Assembly: GCF_009914755.1 (NCBI RefSeq)
Contig: NC_060931.1
DNA: 64,000 nucleotides
DNA from: the human T2T-CHM13v2.0 reference genome, Homo sapiens
Strand: one strand, 5' to 3'
Within the stretch, counting starts at the first letter, position 1. Every line of letters starts with the position of its first letter. This document shows, piece after piece, positions 44,876-61,490 of the stretch. Position numbers and translations under genes: made by a program. The notes beneath the pieces were generated by a model. It was not told the DNA's origin, made no database searches, and saw only the letters and a list, made by a program, of their open reading frames with translations.

Positions 44876-45782
44876 ATATACCAATGACAGATTTAGCTAC
44901 CTTCAAGCTTTCCCAAAGGCTTGGTAAGTCTTGTTTTTAAAATGGCTGCCTTTTCCATTTGAAAATATACCAGTGGCCAGTTGGAAACCTAACTGTTCAG
45001 ATTTGGTTTCTCTACTTTATTATTTATATCATGAGTTTTTAGATTTTTATTTTTTATTAAGTAGGTGAATGAGCAACATGTTTTTCAGAGAATGACACTT
45101 TGATAACTCTTTTCTTGTAAATGCAGTATTATAAACAGAGCTCCAAATTCCTTTGGCTCTGTCGCTACTTCTCTGAAGCAGATGTACTTCCATGCAATTG
45201 ATTGGATTAGTGGAGGTGTAAATTTAAAAATAAATAAATTAATTTGTTTATCCTCTCATTTAACTCCTACTCTTGCGTCAACCTCTGTGCTAGACAGGAC
45301 AGATCCAGAAATAAAAGCACACCCCTGAACTACTGAGTTCTCTGGCTTCGAACCCAGGGAACTGACAACACATCAGCTGGGATTTGAGCTCCCTTTTTGT
45401 AAATATAGACAGAGGCAGGGTAAATCTCAATCTTCATTTTGTTTGTCATAATTTCTTGGTTTCCCTTTGATGGTGGTGAGGTCCTTACCCCTGCTTTCTG
45501 AATCCTAGTTCTCTTGTCTCCCACAACTCTAATTTTTTATACATAAATGAATACATAAGCAAGTGTACTTTTATGAAATGCATACTATTTCCCTCTCACA
45601 TTTAAATTCTCAATTTGTGATGTGTAGAATCTTAATATTTCCTTTAGTGCAGAGTGACCGGCACCTCCAGTTTAATCCTTCTCCAAAATGGTTAACTCAG
45701 AATTCTCACCATTCCCAGTCTCGGTCTCCACCATGGTGCTTTAATTCTCTTTTTTTCAATACTATTTAAAAGTATCATCATT

Positions 45783-46100
45783 GGCCGGGTGTGGTGGCTC
45801 ACGCCTGCAATCCCAGCACTTTGGGAGGCCGAGGCAGGCAGCCACCTGAGGTCAGGAGTTTGAGACCAGCCTGGCCAACATGGTGAAACCCCATCTCTGT
45901 TAAAAGTAAATAAATAAATAAATAAAAATACAAAAATTAGCCGGGCGTGGTGGCACACACCTGTAATCTCAGCTACTTAGCAGGCTGAGCCAAGAGAATT
46001 GCTTGAACCTGGGAGGCAGAGGTTGCAATGAGTAGAGATTGTGCCACTCACTCCAGACTGGGCGAAAGAGTGAGACTCCGTCTCAAAAAAAAAAAAAAAA
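45783..46100 (+). mobile_element. AluS with (AAAT)n-expanded linker
   Basis: Dimeric Alu; TSD core tatcatcatt. Confidence 0.92.
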
Positions 46101-46940
46101 TTATCATCATTATTATCTTGTCTGTTCCTGGTTCTTTCCTTACTATGTAAGAGAAGCAACCCAAGTCGCAGTGCATTTAAATGCTTTTCCTAAGGCTCTA
46201 GTAAGGGCAGTTAGAAATGGAAGCCGGAACTTTAGATGGTCTGGAGCGTGGTCTGGAGTCTTTACAACACACCCAAACTATCCGCACACATGGAAGGGTG
46301 AGAACCTCCCTATCCAATTCCTTTGCATCAGCTCCTCCTTCCTTTATTGTCTATGGCTTCTGGGACGATTGTGAATAAGAGAGTGATCCAACAACAGAAT
46401 GTGGAGACAACCTCTCTCCCCTCTGTAGCTGTGTCCACTTTGGCTTTTGATACAGGGAGTAGAGTCACAGACAGGCATGTATTCACTTTAGTTTCCCTAG
46501 GAACGCAGACAGGTGGTTCAGACAGAAATCAGAATTATTTATACATGACTGTAGGAAAATATTTATTCAGGGAACTCTGACCATTTTATGCTTGAATCAT
46601 TTATATTCTCTACTATTTAGAGCTGCAGTTGGCCTTGCTATCATTTATTTATTTGTACATTGAGTCAGTGAAGATAAATTTTCTTAATTTTTTTTTCCTT
46701 TTTATTTTTTATTTTATTTATTTATTTATTTTTATTATTATACTTTAAGTTTTAGGGTACATGTGCACATTGTGCAGGTTAGTTACATATGTATACATGT
46801 GCCATGCTGGTGTGCTGCACCCACTAACTCGTCATCTAGCATTAGGTATATCTCCCAATGCTATCCCTCCCCCTCCCCCAACCCCACAACAGTCCCCAGA
46901 GTGTGATGTTCCCCTTCCTGTGTCCATGTGATCTCATTGT

Positions 46941-50780
<3,840 letters not shown>

Positions 50781-50828
50781 TTATTTTGCTCGTTAGTTGA
50801 CGCAGTTTCTTCCTAGTCTCGATAGTCT

Positions 50829-51845
50829 TTACATTTTGGCATGATTTTGCAGCGGCTGGTACCGGTTGTTCCTTTCCATGTTTAGCGCTTCCTTTAGGAG
50901 CTCTTTTAAGGCAGGCCTGGTGGTGACAAAATCTCTCAGCATTTGCTTGTCTGTAAAGTATTTTATTTCTCCTTCACTTAAGAAGCTTAGTTTGGCTGGA
51001 TATGAAATTCTGGGTTGAAAATCCTTTTCTTTAAGAATGTTGAATATTGGCCCCCACTCTCTTCTGGCTTGTAGGGTTTCTGCCGAGAGATCCACTGTTA
51101 GTCTGATGGGCTTCCCTTTGAGGGTAACCCGACCTTTCTCTCTGGCTGCCCTTAACATTTTTTCCTTCATTTCAACTTTGGTGAGTCTGACAATTATGTG
51201 TCTTGGGATTGCTCTTCTCGAGGAGTATCTTTGTGGCATTCTCTGTATTTCCTGAATCTGAACGTTGGCCTGCCTTGCTAGATTGGGGAAATTCTCCTGG
51301 ATGATATCCTGCAGAGTGTTTTCCAACTTGGTTCCATTCTCCCCATCACTTTCAGTTACACCAATCAGACGTAGATTTGGTCTTTTCACATAGTCCCATA
51401 TTTCTTGGAGGCTTTGCTCGTTTCTTTTTATTCTTTTTTCTCTAAACTTTCCTTCTCGCTTCGTTTCATTCATTTCATCTTCCATTGCTGATACCCTTTC
51501 TTCCACTTGATCACATCAGCTCCTGAGGCTTCTGCATTCTTCACGTAGTTCTCGAGCCTTGGTTTTCAGCTCCATCAGCTCCTTTAAGCACTTCTCTGTA
51601 TTGGTTATTCTAGTTGTACATTCTTCTATATTTTTTTCAAAGTTTTCGACTTCTTTGCCTTTGGTTTGAATGTCCTCCCGTAGCTCAGAGTAATTTGATC
51701 GTCTGAAGCCTTCTTCTCTCAGCTCTTCAAAGTCATTCTCTGTCCAGCTTTGTTCCGTTGCTGGTGAGGAGCTGCATTCCTTTGGAGGAGGAGAGGCGCT
51801 CTGATTTTTAGAGTTTCCAGTTTTTCTGTTCTGTTTTTTCCCCAT
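50829..51845 (-). pseudogene. L1 ORF1 with a single in-frame TGA at codon 110
   Basis: ORFs 51516-51845 and 50829-51506 are in one frame totalling 338 codons; REKG, ARR and YPAKLS motifs intact. Confidence 0.95.
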
Positions 51846-52300
51846 CTTTGTGGTTTTATCTACTTTTGGTCTTTGATGATGGTGACGTACAGATGGGTTT
51901 TTGGTGTGGATGTCCTTTCTGTTTGTTAGTTTTCCTTCTAACAGACAGGACCCTCAGCTGCAGGTCTGTTGGAGTACCCTGCAGTGTGAGGTGTCAGTGT
52001 GCCCCTGCTGGAGGGTGCCTCCCAGTTAGGCTGCTCGCGGGTCAGGGGTCAGGGACCCACTTGAGGAGGCAGTCTGCCCGTTCTCAGATCTCCAGCTGCA
52101 TGCTGGGAGAACCACTGCTCTCTTCAAAGCTGTCAGACAGGGACATTTAAGTCTGCAGAGGTTACTGCTGTCTTTTTGTTTGTCTGTGCCCTGCCCCCAG
52201 AGGTGGAGCCTACAGAGGCAGGCAGGCCTCCTTGAGCTGTGGTGGGCTCCACCCAGTTCGAGCTTCCCGGCTGCTTTGTTTACCTAAGCAAGCCTGGGCA

Positions 52301-52609
52301 ATGGCGGGCGCCCCTCCCCCAGCCTCGCTGCCGCCTTGCAGTTTGATCTCAGACTGCTGTGCTAGCAATCAGCGAGACTCCGTGGGCGTAGGACCCTCCG
52401 AGCCAGGTGCGGGATATAATCTCGTCGTGCGCCGTTTTTTAAGCCCGTCGGAAATGCGCAGTATTCGGGTGGGAGTGACCCGATTTTCCAGGTGCCGTCC
52501 GTCACCCCTTTCTTTGATTAGGAAAGGGAACTCCCTGACCCCTAGCACTTCCCGAGTGAGGCAATGCCTCGCCCTGCTTCGGCTCGCGCACGGTGCGCGC
52601 ACCCACTGA
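52301..52609 (+). CDS. L1 antisense ORF0 homologue (102 aa reading frame)
   Basis: MAGAPPPASLPPCSLISDCCASNQRDSVGVGPSEP.. in gcaATGG context; donor-like CAG|GTGC at 52407 and 52492. Confidence 0.6.
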   Translation: MAGAPPPASLPPCSLISDCCASNQRDSVGVGPSEPGAGYNLVVRRFLSPSEMRSIRVGVTRFSRCRPSPLSLIRKGNSLTPSTSRVRQCLALLRLAHGARTH

Positions 52610-52919
52610 CCTGCGCCCACTGTCTGGCACTCCCTAGTGAGATGAACCCGGTACCTCAGATGGAAATGCAGAAATCACCCGTCTTCTGCGTCGCTCAGGC
52701 TGATTGCTGCAGACCGGAGCTGTTCCTATTCGGCCATCTTGCCTCCTCCCCCGGAATTTTCTTAATTGTAAGTATTTGGAGTCAAAGTAAATTTGATAGA
52801 CTTACAGTTGTATTTTAAAAATATTACTCCCATGTTCATGTATCTAGTCTAGGGGGGAGATGAATTTGGACATGTGACAGTGACACAGAGGATGGCCTGT
52901 TGTTGCTTACCAAATGCTA

Positions 52920-53800
52920 GGGTATGCATGTGCCAGCACCTAATAGTGCCTGTCACATGACAGGTGTTCAGTATATAACTGACTGACTGAATGAATGGGA
53001 TGATGCCATCCTTCTGTTTAAGATCCTCCAAGAGTGTCCTGTATATATACAATAAAGTCCCAATTTTGACCCTGACCTTCAAGACTTGCTTACCTTGCTA
53101 ATCTCACTTATGCAGCCTCATCTATACTGGGCTTCTTAAACTCTAGCCTGTCTAAGGACTTTTGCACAGGTTTTTTTCCTCCGCCTGGAATACTTTTTTT
53201 TTCTGTCCATCCTCAGTTCTCAGTTAAAATGTCAGATTCTTAAAGAGGCCTTTTCCGGTCACCCCACTTAAGTAGGTTTCCCTCTATTCTCCTCCCTGGC
53301 ACCTTTTTTGTTGCTTTGGCAGTATTTTCCCCAATTTTCAATTATTTAAATGTAGCATATTTTAAAAAATGTCTCTTTGCCTGTGTTCCCCAGACAGCTA
53401 GCCCAAAGTCTGCCCATAGCAGATCCTGCTAGGCAATATAAGGGCAGTGAAGTAAGCAGTCATGAAGCGAGGTTGCCTCTTTCAAATGATTGGAGATAAT
53501 ATGGGGTAAAACAATCTTTTTCTCCTCTTCACCATAAACCTCAGAAGGTTTTTTTCTGATAGGGCTAAGAACATTTCTTTTTGGTCTGTGGGTCACATAA
53601 TTTTGGTTTCATATTTTGTAGACAATATCTCTGCTACCATGAGCTTCATTTTATGAATGCAAAAGCATGGGCATTATATTACATTAATTGTTTCTTCTTT
53701 AATTGTTTATCAAGCACGTACTAGGTGCTAAACACTGTAATCCATCCTGGAGATTGAACAATCAGTAAAATAGAGTCCTTGCTTTCAAAGAGCTTATACC
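52920..53800. mobile_element. L2 fragments
   Basis: cagttaaaatgtcagattcttaaagaggccttttccgg; ttatcaagcacgtactaggtgctaaacactgt..gagtccttgctttcaaagagctta. Confidence 0.55.
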
Positions 53801-53802
53801 CT

Positions 53803-54161
53803 ATCTTAGTCTGCTAGGTTGCATAACAAAATACCATAGACTGGAGGCTGAACAACAGAAATTTATTTATTTCAGTCCTGGAGGCTGAAGTCCCAGAGCA
53901 GGGTGCCAGCATGGTTAAGTTCTGGTGAGGGCCTTCTTCCTGGCTGGCAGATGGTGGCCTTCTTGCTGTGTCCTCACATGGCTCTCTGGTGTCTCTTAAG
54001 GCATTAATAAGGGCACTAATCCCATCATGAGGACTCTGCCCTCATGGCCTCATCTAACCTTAATTACCTCCCAAAAGCTGAATCTCTAAATACCATCACA
54101 TCGTGGGTTACAGCTTCAACATGTGAATTTTGGGGAGGACACAAAGCTTCAGTCTATAGCA
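53803..54161 (-). mobile_element. MLT1A-type LTR
   Basis: ataacaaaataccatagactgg..aacaacagaaatttatt..gggcactaatcccatcatgagg..ttcaacatgtgaattttgggg..cagtctatagca. Confidence 0.85.
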
Positions 54162-54876
54162 TATCCCTTTCTAGGCAAGGCAAGCAAATAAGAGGGAGTG
54201 ACCATGCAGTCGGGATATGGGTGAGGGCCCAGGATGCTGTGGATTCCCTAAGAAGGACCCTACTGGCTTGGGTGTCCATGAGAGTTTTCCTGGAGAAATG
54301 TTTTTTAAGTTGCTAAAAGCACATGTGTGCTCGCCAAGATGAACCAGGCTGGTTGAGAAAAAGCCAGAAAGACGCCATTTTTCTGACTGCTCTTTCCCGT
54401 GCTTCGTGAAAGGAGATGTGAAACTATTAGTACAGGGTACTTGTGAGTTTTCCAACAGGCTGGTGTCTAAGAAATAGTGCTGGCTATACTTGACTTTCAA
54501 AGTCTAGATTACTCATTGCAAGCAGGACTCCCCATGTAATAGATACATATTTAAGTTTTAGTCATGTAAGACAAACAAAAGATCCAGAAGAATTCCAGGT
54601 ATTCTACAGGGTCAGGGACATTAGCTTTCATTGTGGCAGGAAAATTGTTCATGGTCTGAGCAGCCCAATACCTCTTTACCACTGAGAGGATAGTCCTGGA
54701 AAGAAAGCTGTAATAAGAAGTGAGGACCCACTTTGCCCCAGAGGCTCTCAGGATTACACCGTCAAGCTTCACATCCTGTTCACCATGGTCACCACCAGAA
54801 CTCCAAGCTTCCAGCATCCTCACTCTTGTTCACATACAGCTTGGTACATTCCTCAGTGTGACTCAATCTCCCGTGA

Positions 54877-55178
<302 letters not shown>

Positions 55179-55189
55179 CCGTGATTCTT

Positions 55190-56270
55190 GACTTTACAAA
55201 CGCTTCCATGGTGCCCTCTGGAAGGGTCATCACCAGCAAAATCTCCTCTTTCTTCAAACTTTTTTTTTTTTTTTGAATGTTTTCTTCATCTTGTTACTCT
55301 ATCAGAAACCCGTTGTCCCTGGAGGCTTCTGAAATGCCGCCTGCTTTTACCTCCACATCTACTTCTGAGAGTGGGTTAGATGTCCTCCCTGAGCCAATGG
55401 ATCTCAGCGCATTTGCTAGCCCTTGTCCCTCAGAAGTCTAGTCCTTTGAAGTACCTGCTTTTAGTGTACTCGCTGACCTTCTCGTCCCTTTTAATTTAGC
55501 TTTTAGCACCAGGCTCCTTTTCCTTCTGGCTATCACTATTACTGTCACCATTCTCAGTGACTGCAATAACAAAACACAGGGCATGCATCTAATAGTCTGA
55601 CTTTGGTTCCTTGATCTCCTTGCTTTCAACTCTCTCTTCTCTGTTTCTCTCGGTCATATCCTAGACCTTGTCATTACCAAAAACCATACTGCCTCTGAAA
55701 TGGAGACTATAAGCTGAACATCACCGCCTAACTTCCAGTTCACTAACTCTAGTACCCAACTTCCATTATATTAAAACTTTATTGGGACCTTCAGTTCACC
55801 GGCCTTGCCACTCTTCCGTGTTACCTCACGTCCCTCCCTCATCTTCTCCCCGCCCTCATTAACGTGCTTAGATTTCATTCCACACACCCTTCACTTTCTT
55901 GCCCCAGCCTCCCTCTATTATATTTTCCTGGTTAAAACTAATTCTCTGACTACTTTGCACTTGCACCAAAGCAGTTAAAAGTGTTCCAGAAAAATACCCA
56001 AATGTGCTGATTGTTTTCACTTTAGACTTAGATTCGCTGATCCAAGTGGGCTTTTAGCACTGCTAAGATGAAGTTTAACTTCACCTTCTTGGTATATTCA
56101 GTTTCTCTTTCTTCCAGTTAACAGTTTCATATACATCACACTCTCCTTTTCAACTTTAAACTCTAGAGATTTCCTTTCTCTGTGCTCTTAGCTGGTAAGA
56201 TAACTTCCTGATTAATGTAGAAAATATTAGTAATCATTTGGCCACCTTCGTATTGACCAACCTTCCTATC
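55190..56270 (+). mobile_element. L2 internal ORF2 (endonuclease region) fossil
   Basis: ggtcatatcctagaccttgtcattacc (GHILDLVIT), accattctcagtgactgcaat (ILGDFN-like). Confidence 0.65.
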
Positions 56271-56290
56271 CTGTACTTAAATATGTTCTT

Positions 56291-56624
<334 letters not shown>

Positions 56625-57591
56625 TTAGGGGTGTGTGTGTGTTTTCTTAAAAAATTCTTTTATTTCAATAGCATTAGGGGTACAAGTGGTTTTTGGTTAC
56701 ATGGATGAATTGTACAGTGGTGAAGTCTAGATTTGACTGTATCTGTCACTTGGGTAATACACATTGTATCCAATAGATAGTTTTTCATCCCTCATCCCTC
56801 TTGTACCTCCTTCTCTTCTGAGTCTCCAATGTCCATTATACCATTCCGTATGCCTTTGCATACCTATAGCTTAGCTCCCACTTATAAGTGAGAACATGAG
56901 GTATTTGTTTTTCTGTTCCTGAGTTGCTTCACTTAGAATTGAACTCCAATTCCAGCCAAGTTGCTGAAAGACGTTATTTTGTTCTTTTTTTTTAATGGCT
57001 GAGTAGTTGATTCCATATCTTTGCAGTTGTGAGTTGCGCTGCAATAAGCATACATGTACAGGTGTCTTTCTGATATAGTGACTTCTTTTCCTTTGGGTAG
57101 ATACCCAGGAATGGGATTGCTGGGCTGAATGGTAGATCTACTTTTAGTTCATTGAGAAATCTCCATATTGTTTTCCATAGAGTTTGTACTGATTTACATT
57201 CCCACTAGCCGTGAATGAGTGTTCCTTTTTCACCATATCCACGTCAACATCTATTGTTTTTTGACTTTTTAATAATGGCCATTCTGACGGGGGTACGGTG
57301 GTATCTCATTGTGGTTTTAATTTACATTCCCCTGATGATTAGTGATGTTGAGCATTTGTAAATGTTTATTGGCCATTTGTATATCTTCTTTTGAGAAATG
57401 TCTATTCATGTCCTTTGCCCATGTTTTAATAAGATTGATTTTTTTTCTTGCTGATTTGTTTGAGTTCCTTGTAGATTCTGGATATTAGTCCTTTGTCAGA
57501 TGCATAATTTGCAGATATTTTCTCCTATTCTGTAGGTTGTCTGTTTACTCTGATGACAGTTTCTTTTGCTGTGTAAAACTTTTTAATTTAA

Positions 57592-57910
<319 letters not shown>

Positions 57911-60892
57911 TAGGTCCCATATATTTATTTTTGTTTTTGTTGCATTAGTTTTGGGGTCTTAATCATACATGCTTTGCCCAGGCCAATGTCCAAATGAGTT
58001 TTTCCTAGTTTTTCTTCTAGAATTTTTATGGTTTCAGGTCTTAGACTTAAGTCTGTAATCCATCTTGAGTTAATTTTTGTATATGGTGAGAGATAGGGAT
58101 GAAGTTTCATTCTTCTACATATGGCTATCCAATTTTCCCATAACTATTTATTGAATAGGGTGTCCTTTCCCCAGTTTATGTTTTTGTATGATTTGTTGAA
58201 GATCAGTTGGTTATATTAATAAGTATTTGGCTTTATTTTCAGATTCCCTATTCTGTTCCATTGGTCTATGTATCACTTTTATACTAGTACCATTCTGTTT
58301 TGGTTACTATAGCCTTGTAATATAATTTGAAGTCGGGTAATGTGATGCCTCCAGATTTGTTCTTTTTGGTGAGGATTGCTTTGGCTATTCGGGCCCCTTT
58401 TGGTTCCATATAAATTTTAGAATTGCTTTTTTTAATTCTATGAAAAATAATGTTGTTATTTTGATAGGAATTGCATTAAATCTGTAGATTGCTTTGTGTA
58501 GTATGGTCATTGTCATGATATTGATTCTTCTAATCCATGAGCATGAGATGTATTTCCATTGTTTGTTCACCCATAATTTATTTCAACAGTGTTTTGTAGT
58601 TCTTCTTGTAGAAATCTTTCACTTTCTTGGTCAGGTATATTCCTAGGTATTTTATTATTTTTTTGTAGCTATTGTAAAAGGGATTGAGTTCTTGATTTGA
58701 TGCTCAGCTTGGTTGTTGTTGGTGCATATCAGTACTACTGATTTGTGTACATTAGCTTTGTAGCCTGAGACTTTACCAAGTTTATTTGTCAGATCTAGGA
58801 GTCTTTGGAGGTGTCTTTAGGGTTTTCTAGGTATAAGATTATGTTACTGGCAAACAGAGATGGTTTGACTTCCTTTTTTCCAATTTGGATGCGCTTTATT
58901 TCTTTCTCTTACCTGGTTGATTTGGCTTGGACTTCCAGTATTATGTTGAATAACAGTGGTGAAAGTAGGCATCCTTGTCTTTTTCCAGGTCTTAGGGGAA
59001 AGACTTTCAGTTTTTCCTCATTCTGTATGATACTGGCTGTGGGTCTGTCTTACATGGCTTTTATTATGTTGAGGTATATTCCTTCTATACCCAGTTTTTT
59101 GAAGGTTTTCATCATGAAGCGATGTTGAATTTTATGAAATACTTTTTCTGCATCAATTGAAATAATAATATGGATTTTGTTTTTAATTCTTTTTATGTGA
59201 TAAATCATATTTATTGACTTGTGTATGTTGAACTATTCCTGCATCCCTGGAGTAAAACTCACTTGATCATGGTGAATTATTTTGATGTGTTGTTGGATTT
59301 GGTTTGCTATTATTTCGTTGAGGATTTTTGCAACTATATTCATCAGGGATATTGGTCTGTAGTTTTCTTTCTCTCTCTCTCCTTTTTTTTTTTTTTTTTT
59401 TTTTGCCATGTCCTTTTCTGTTTTTTGCTGTCAGGGCGATACTGGCTTCATGGAATGATTTAGAAAGGATTCCCTCCTTCTTAATCTTTTGGAATAATTT
59501 CAGTAGAATTGGTACTAATTTTCTTTTAATGTCTGGCTGAATTTGGCTGTGAATCTATCTGGTTCTAAATTTTTTTTTTGTTTGGAGTTTTTTTTAAATT
59601 ACTAATTCAGCCTCACTACTTGTTTTTGGTCTGTTCAGGATTTCTATTTCTTCCTTATTCAAGCTAGGGGGTAGTATGCGTCCAGGAATTTATCCATTAC
59701 CACTATATTTTCTAGTTTTTGTGTGTAGAGGTTTTTATAGTTGTCTTGAATGATCTTTTGTATTTCTGTGGTGTCAGTTGTAATGTGTCCATTTTCATTT
59801 CTAACTGAGCTTATTTGAATCTTCTCTCCTCTTGCTTAATCTGTTTAGTGGTCTATCAATTTTGCTTTTCTTTTCAAAGAAACAGCTTTTTGTTTCATTG
59901 TTATTTTTGTTTCAGCTTCATTTAGTTCTGCTCTGATCTTTGTTATATATATTTCTTTCTACTAGCTTTGGGTTTAGTTTGTTCTTATTTCTCTAGCTCC
60001 TTGAGGTGTGATGTTAGGTTGTAAATTTGTGATCTTTCAGACTTCTTGATGTAGGCATTTAGCATTATAAACTTTCCTCTTAGCACTGCTTTTGCTGTAT
60101 TCCAGAGGTTTTGATAACTTATATCACTGTTATCATTCATTTTGAAAAATTTTCAGATTGCTATCTTTGTTTCATTGTTAACCAAAAAATTATTCAGGAG
60201 CAGATTGTTTAATTCCTAGGTATTTGCATAGTTTTGAGGGTTCTTTTCAGAATTTATTTCTAGCTTTATTCTGCTGTGGTCTGAGAAGATGCCTAATATG
60301 GTTTTGATTTTTAAAAATTTATTGAAACTTGTTTGGCCTATCATATGGTCTGTCTTGGAGAATGTTTCATATGCTGATGAGAAGAATGTATATTCTGCAG
60401 TTCTTGGGTAGAATGTTCTGTAAATATCTGTTAGGTCCATTTGTTCTAGAACGCAGTTAAGTCCAATGGTTTCTTTGTTGAATTTCTGCCTCAATGATGT
60501 GTCTAGTGCTGTCAGTGGAGTATTAAAGTCCCTGACTATTATTGTGTTGCTGTCTATCTCTTTTGTTAGGTCTAGTAGTAATTGCTTTATGAATCTGGGA
60601 ACTCCAGAGTTAGGTGCATATATATTTAGGATGGTTATGTCTTTTTGTTGAATTGATCCTTTTATCATTATATAATGACCTTCTTTGTCTTTTTTCACTA
60701 TTGTTGCTTTAAAGTCTGTTTTATCTGATACAAGAATAGCTATTCCTGTGTGCTTTTGGTTTCCATTTGCATGAAATGTCTTTTTCCACCCCTTTACCTT
60801 GAGTCTGTAAGAATCTTTCTGTGTTAGGTTTGTCTCCTGAAGACAGCGGATATTTGGTTTGTAACTTTTAATTCATTCTGCCAATCTGTATC

Positions 60893-61490
60893 CTTTTTTA
60901 AAGTTTTAAGTTCAGGGGTACATGTGCATGATGTGCAGGTTTGTTACTTATATAATCATGTGTCATGGGGATTTGTTATATAGATTATTTTATCACCTAG
61001 GTATTAAGCCTAGTATCCATTGGTTATTTTTCCTGATCCTTTCCCTCCTCCCACCTTCCAACCTCCTATAGATCCCTGTGTGTGTTGTTCCCCTCTATGT
61101 GTCCATGTGTTCTCATCATTTAGATCTCACTTATAAGTGAGAACATGCTCTATTTAGTTTTCTGTTCCTGTGTTAGTTTGCTAAGGATACTGGCCTCCAG
61201 CTCCCTCCATGTCCCTGCAAAGGACATCATCTTGTTCTTTTTTATGACTGCATTGTATTCCATGGTGTATATGTACCACATTTTGTTTATCCAGTCTATC
61301 ACTGATGGGCATTTACGTTGATTCCATGTGTTTGCCATTGTGAATAGTGCTGGAATAAACATATGCTTGCATATGTCTTTACAATAGAACAATTTATATT
61401 CCTGTGGGTATATGTCCAGTAATGAGATTGCTGGGTTAAATGGTATTTCTGTCTTCAGGTCTTTGAGGAATCGCCACACTGTCTTCCACG
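60893..61490 (-). mobile_element. 5'-truncated L1PA-type 3' fragment nested in the old L1
   Basis: L1 3'UTR plus ORF2 C-terminus; TSD core atctgtatc (60884-60892, 61491-61499) at a TT/AAAA site. Confidence 0.88.
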
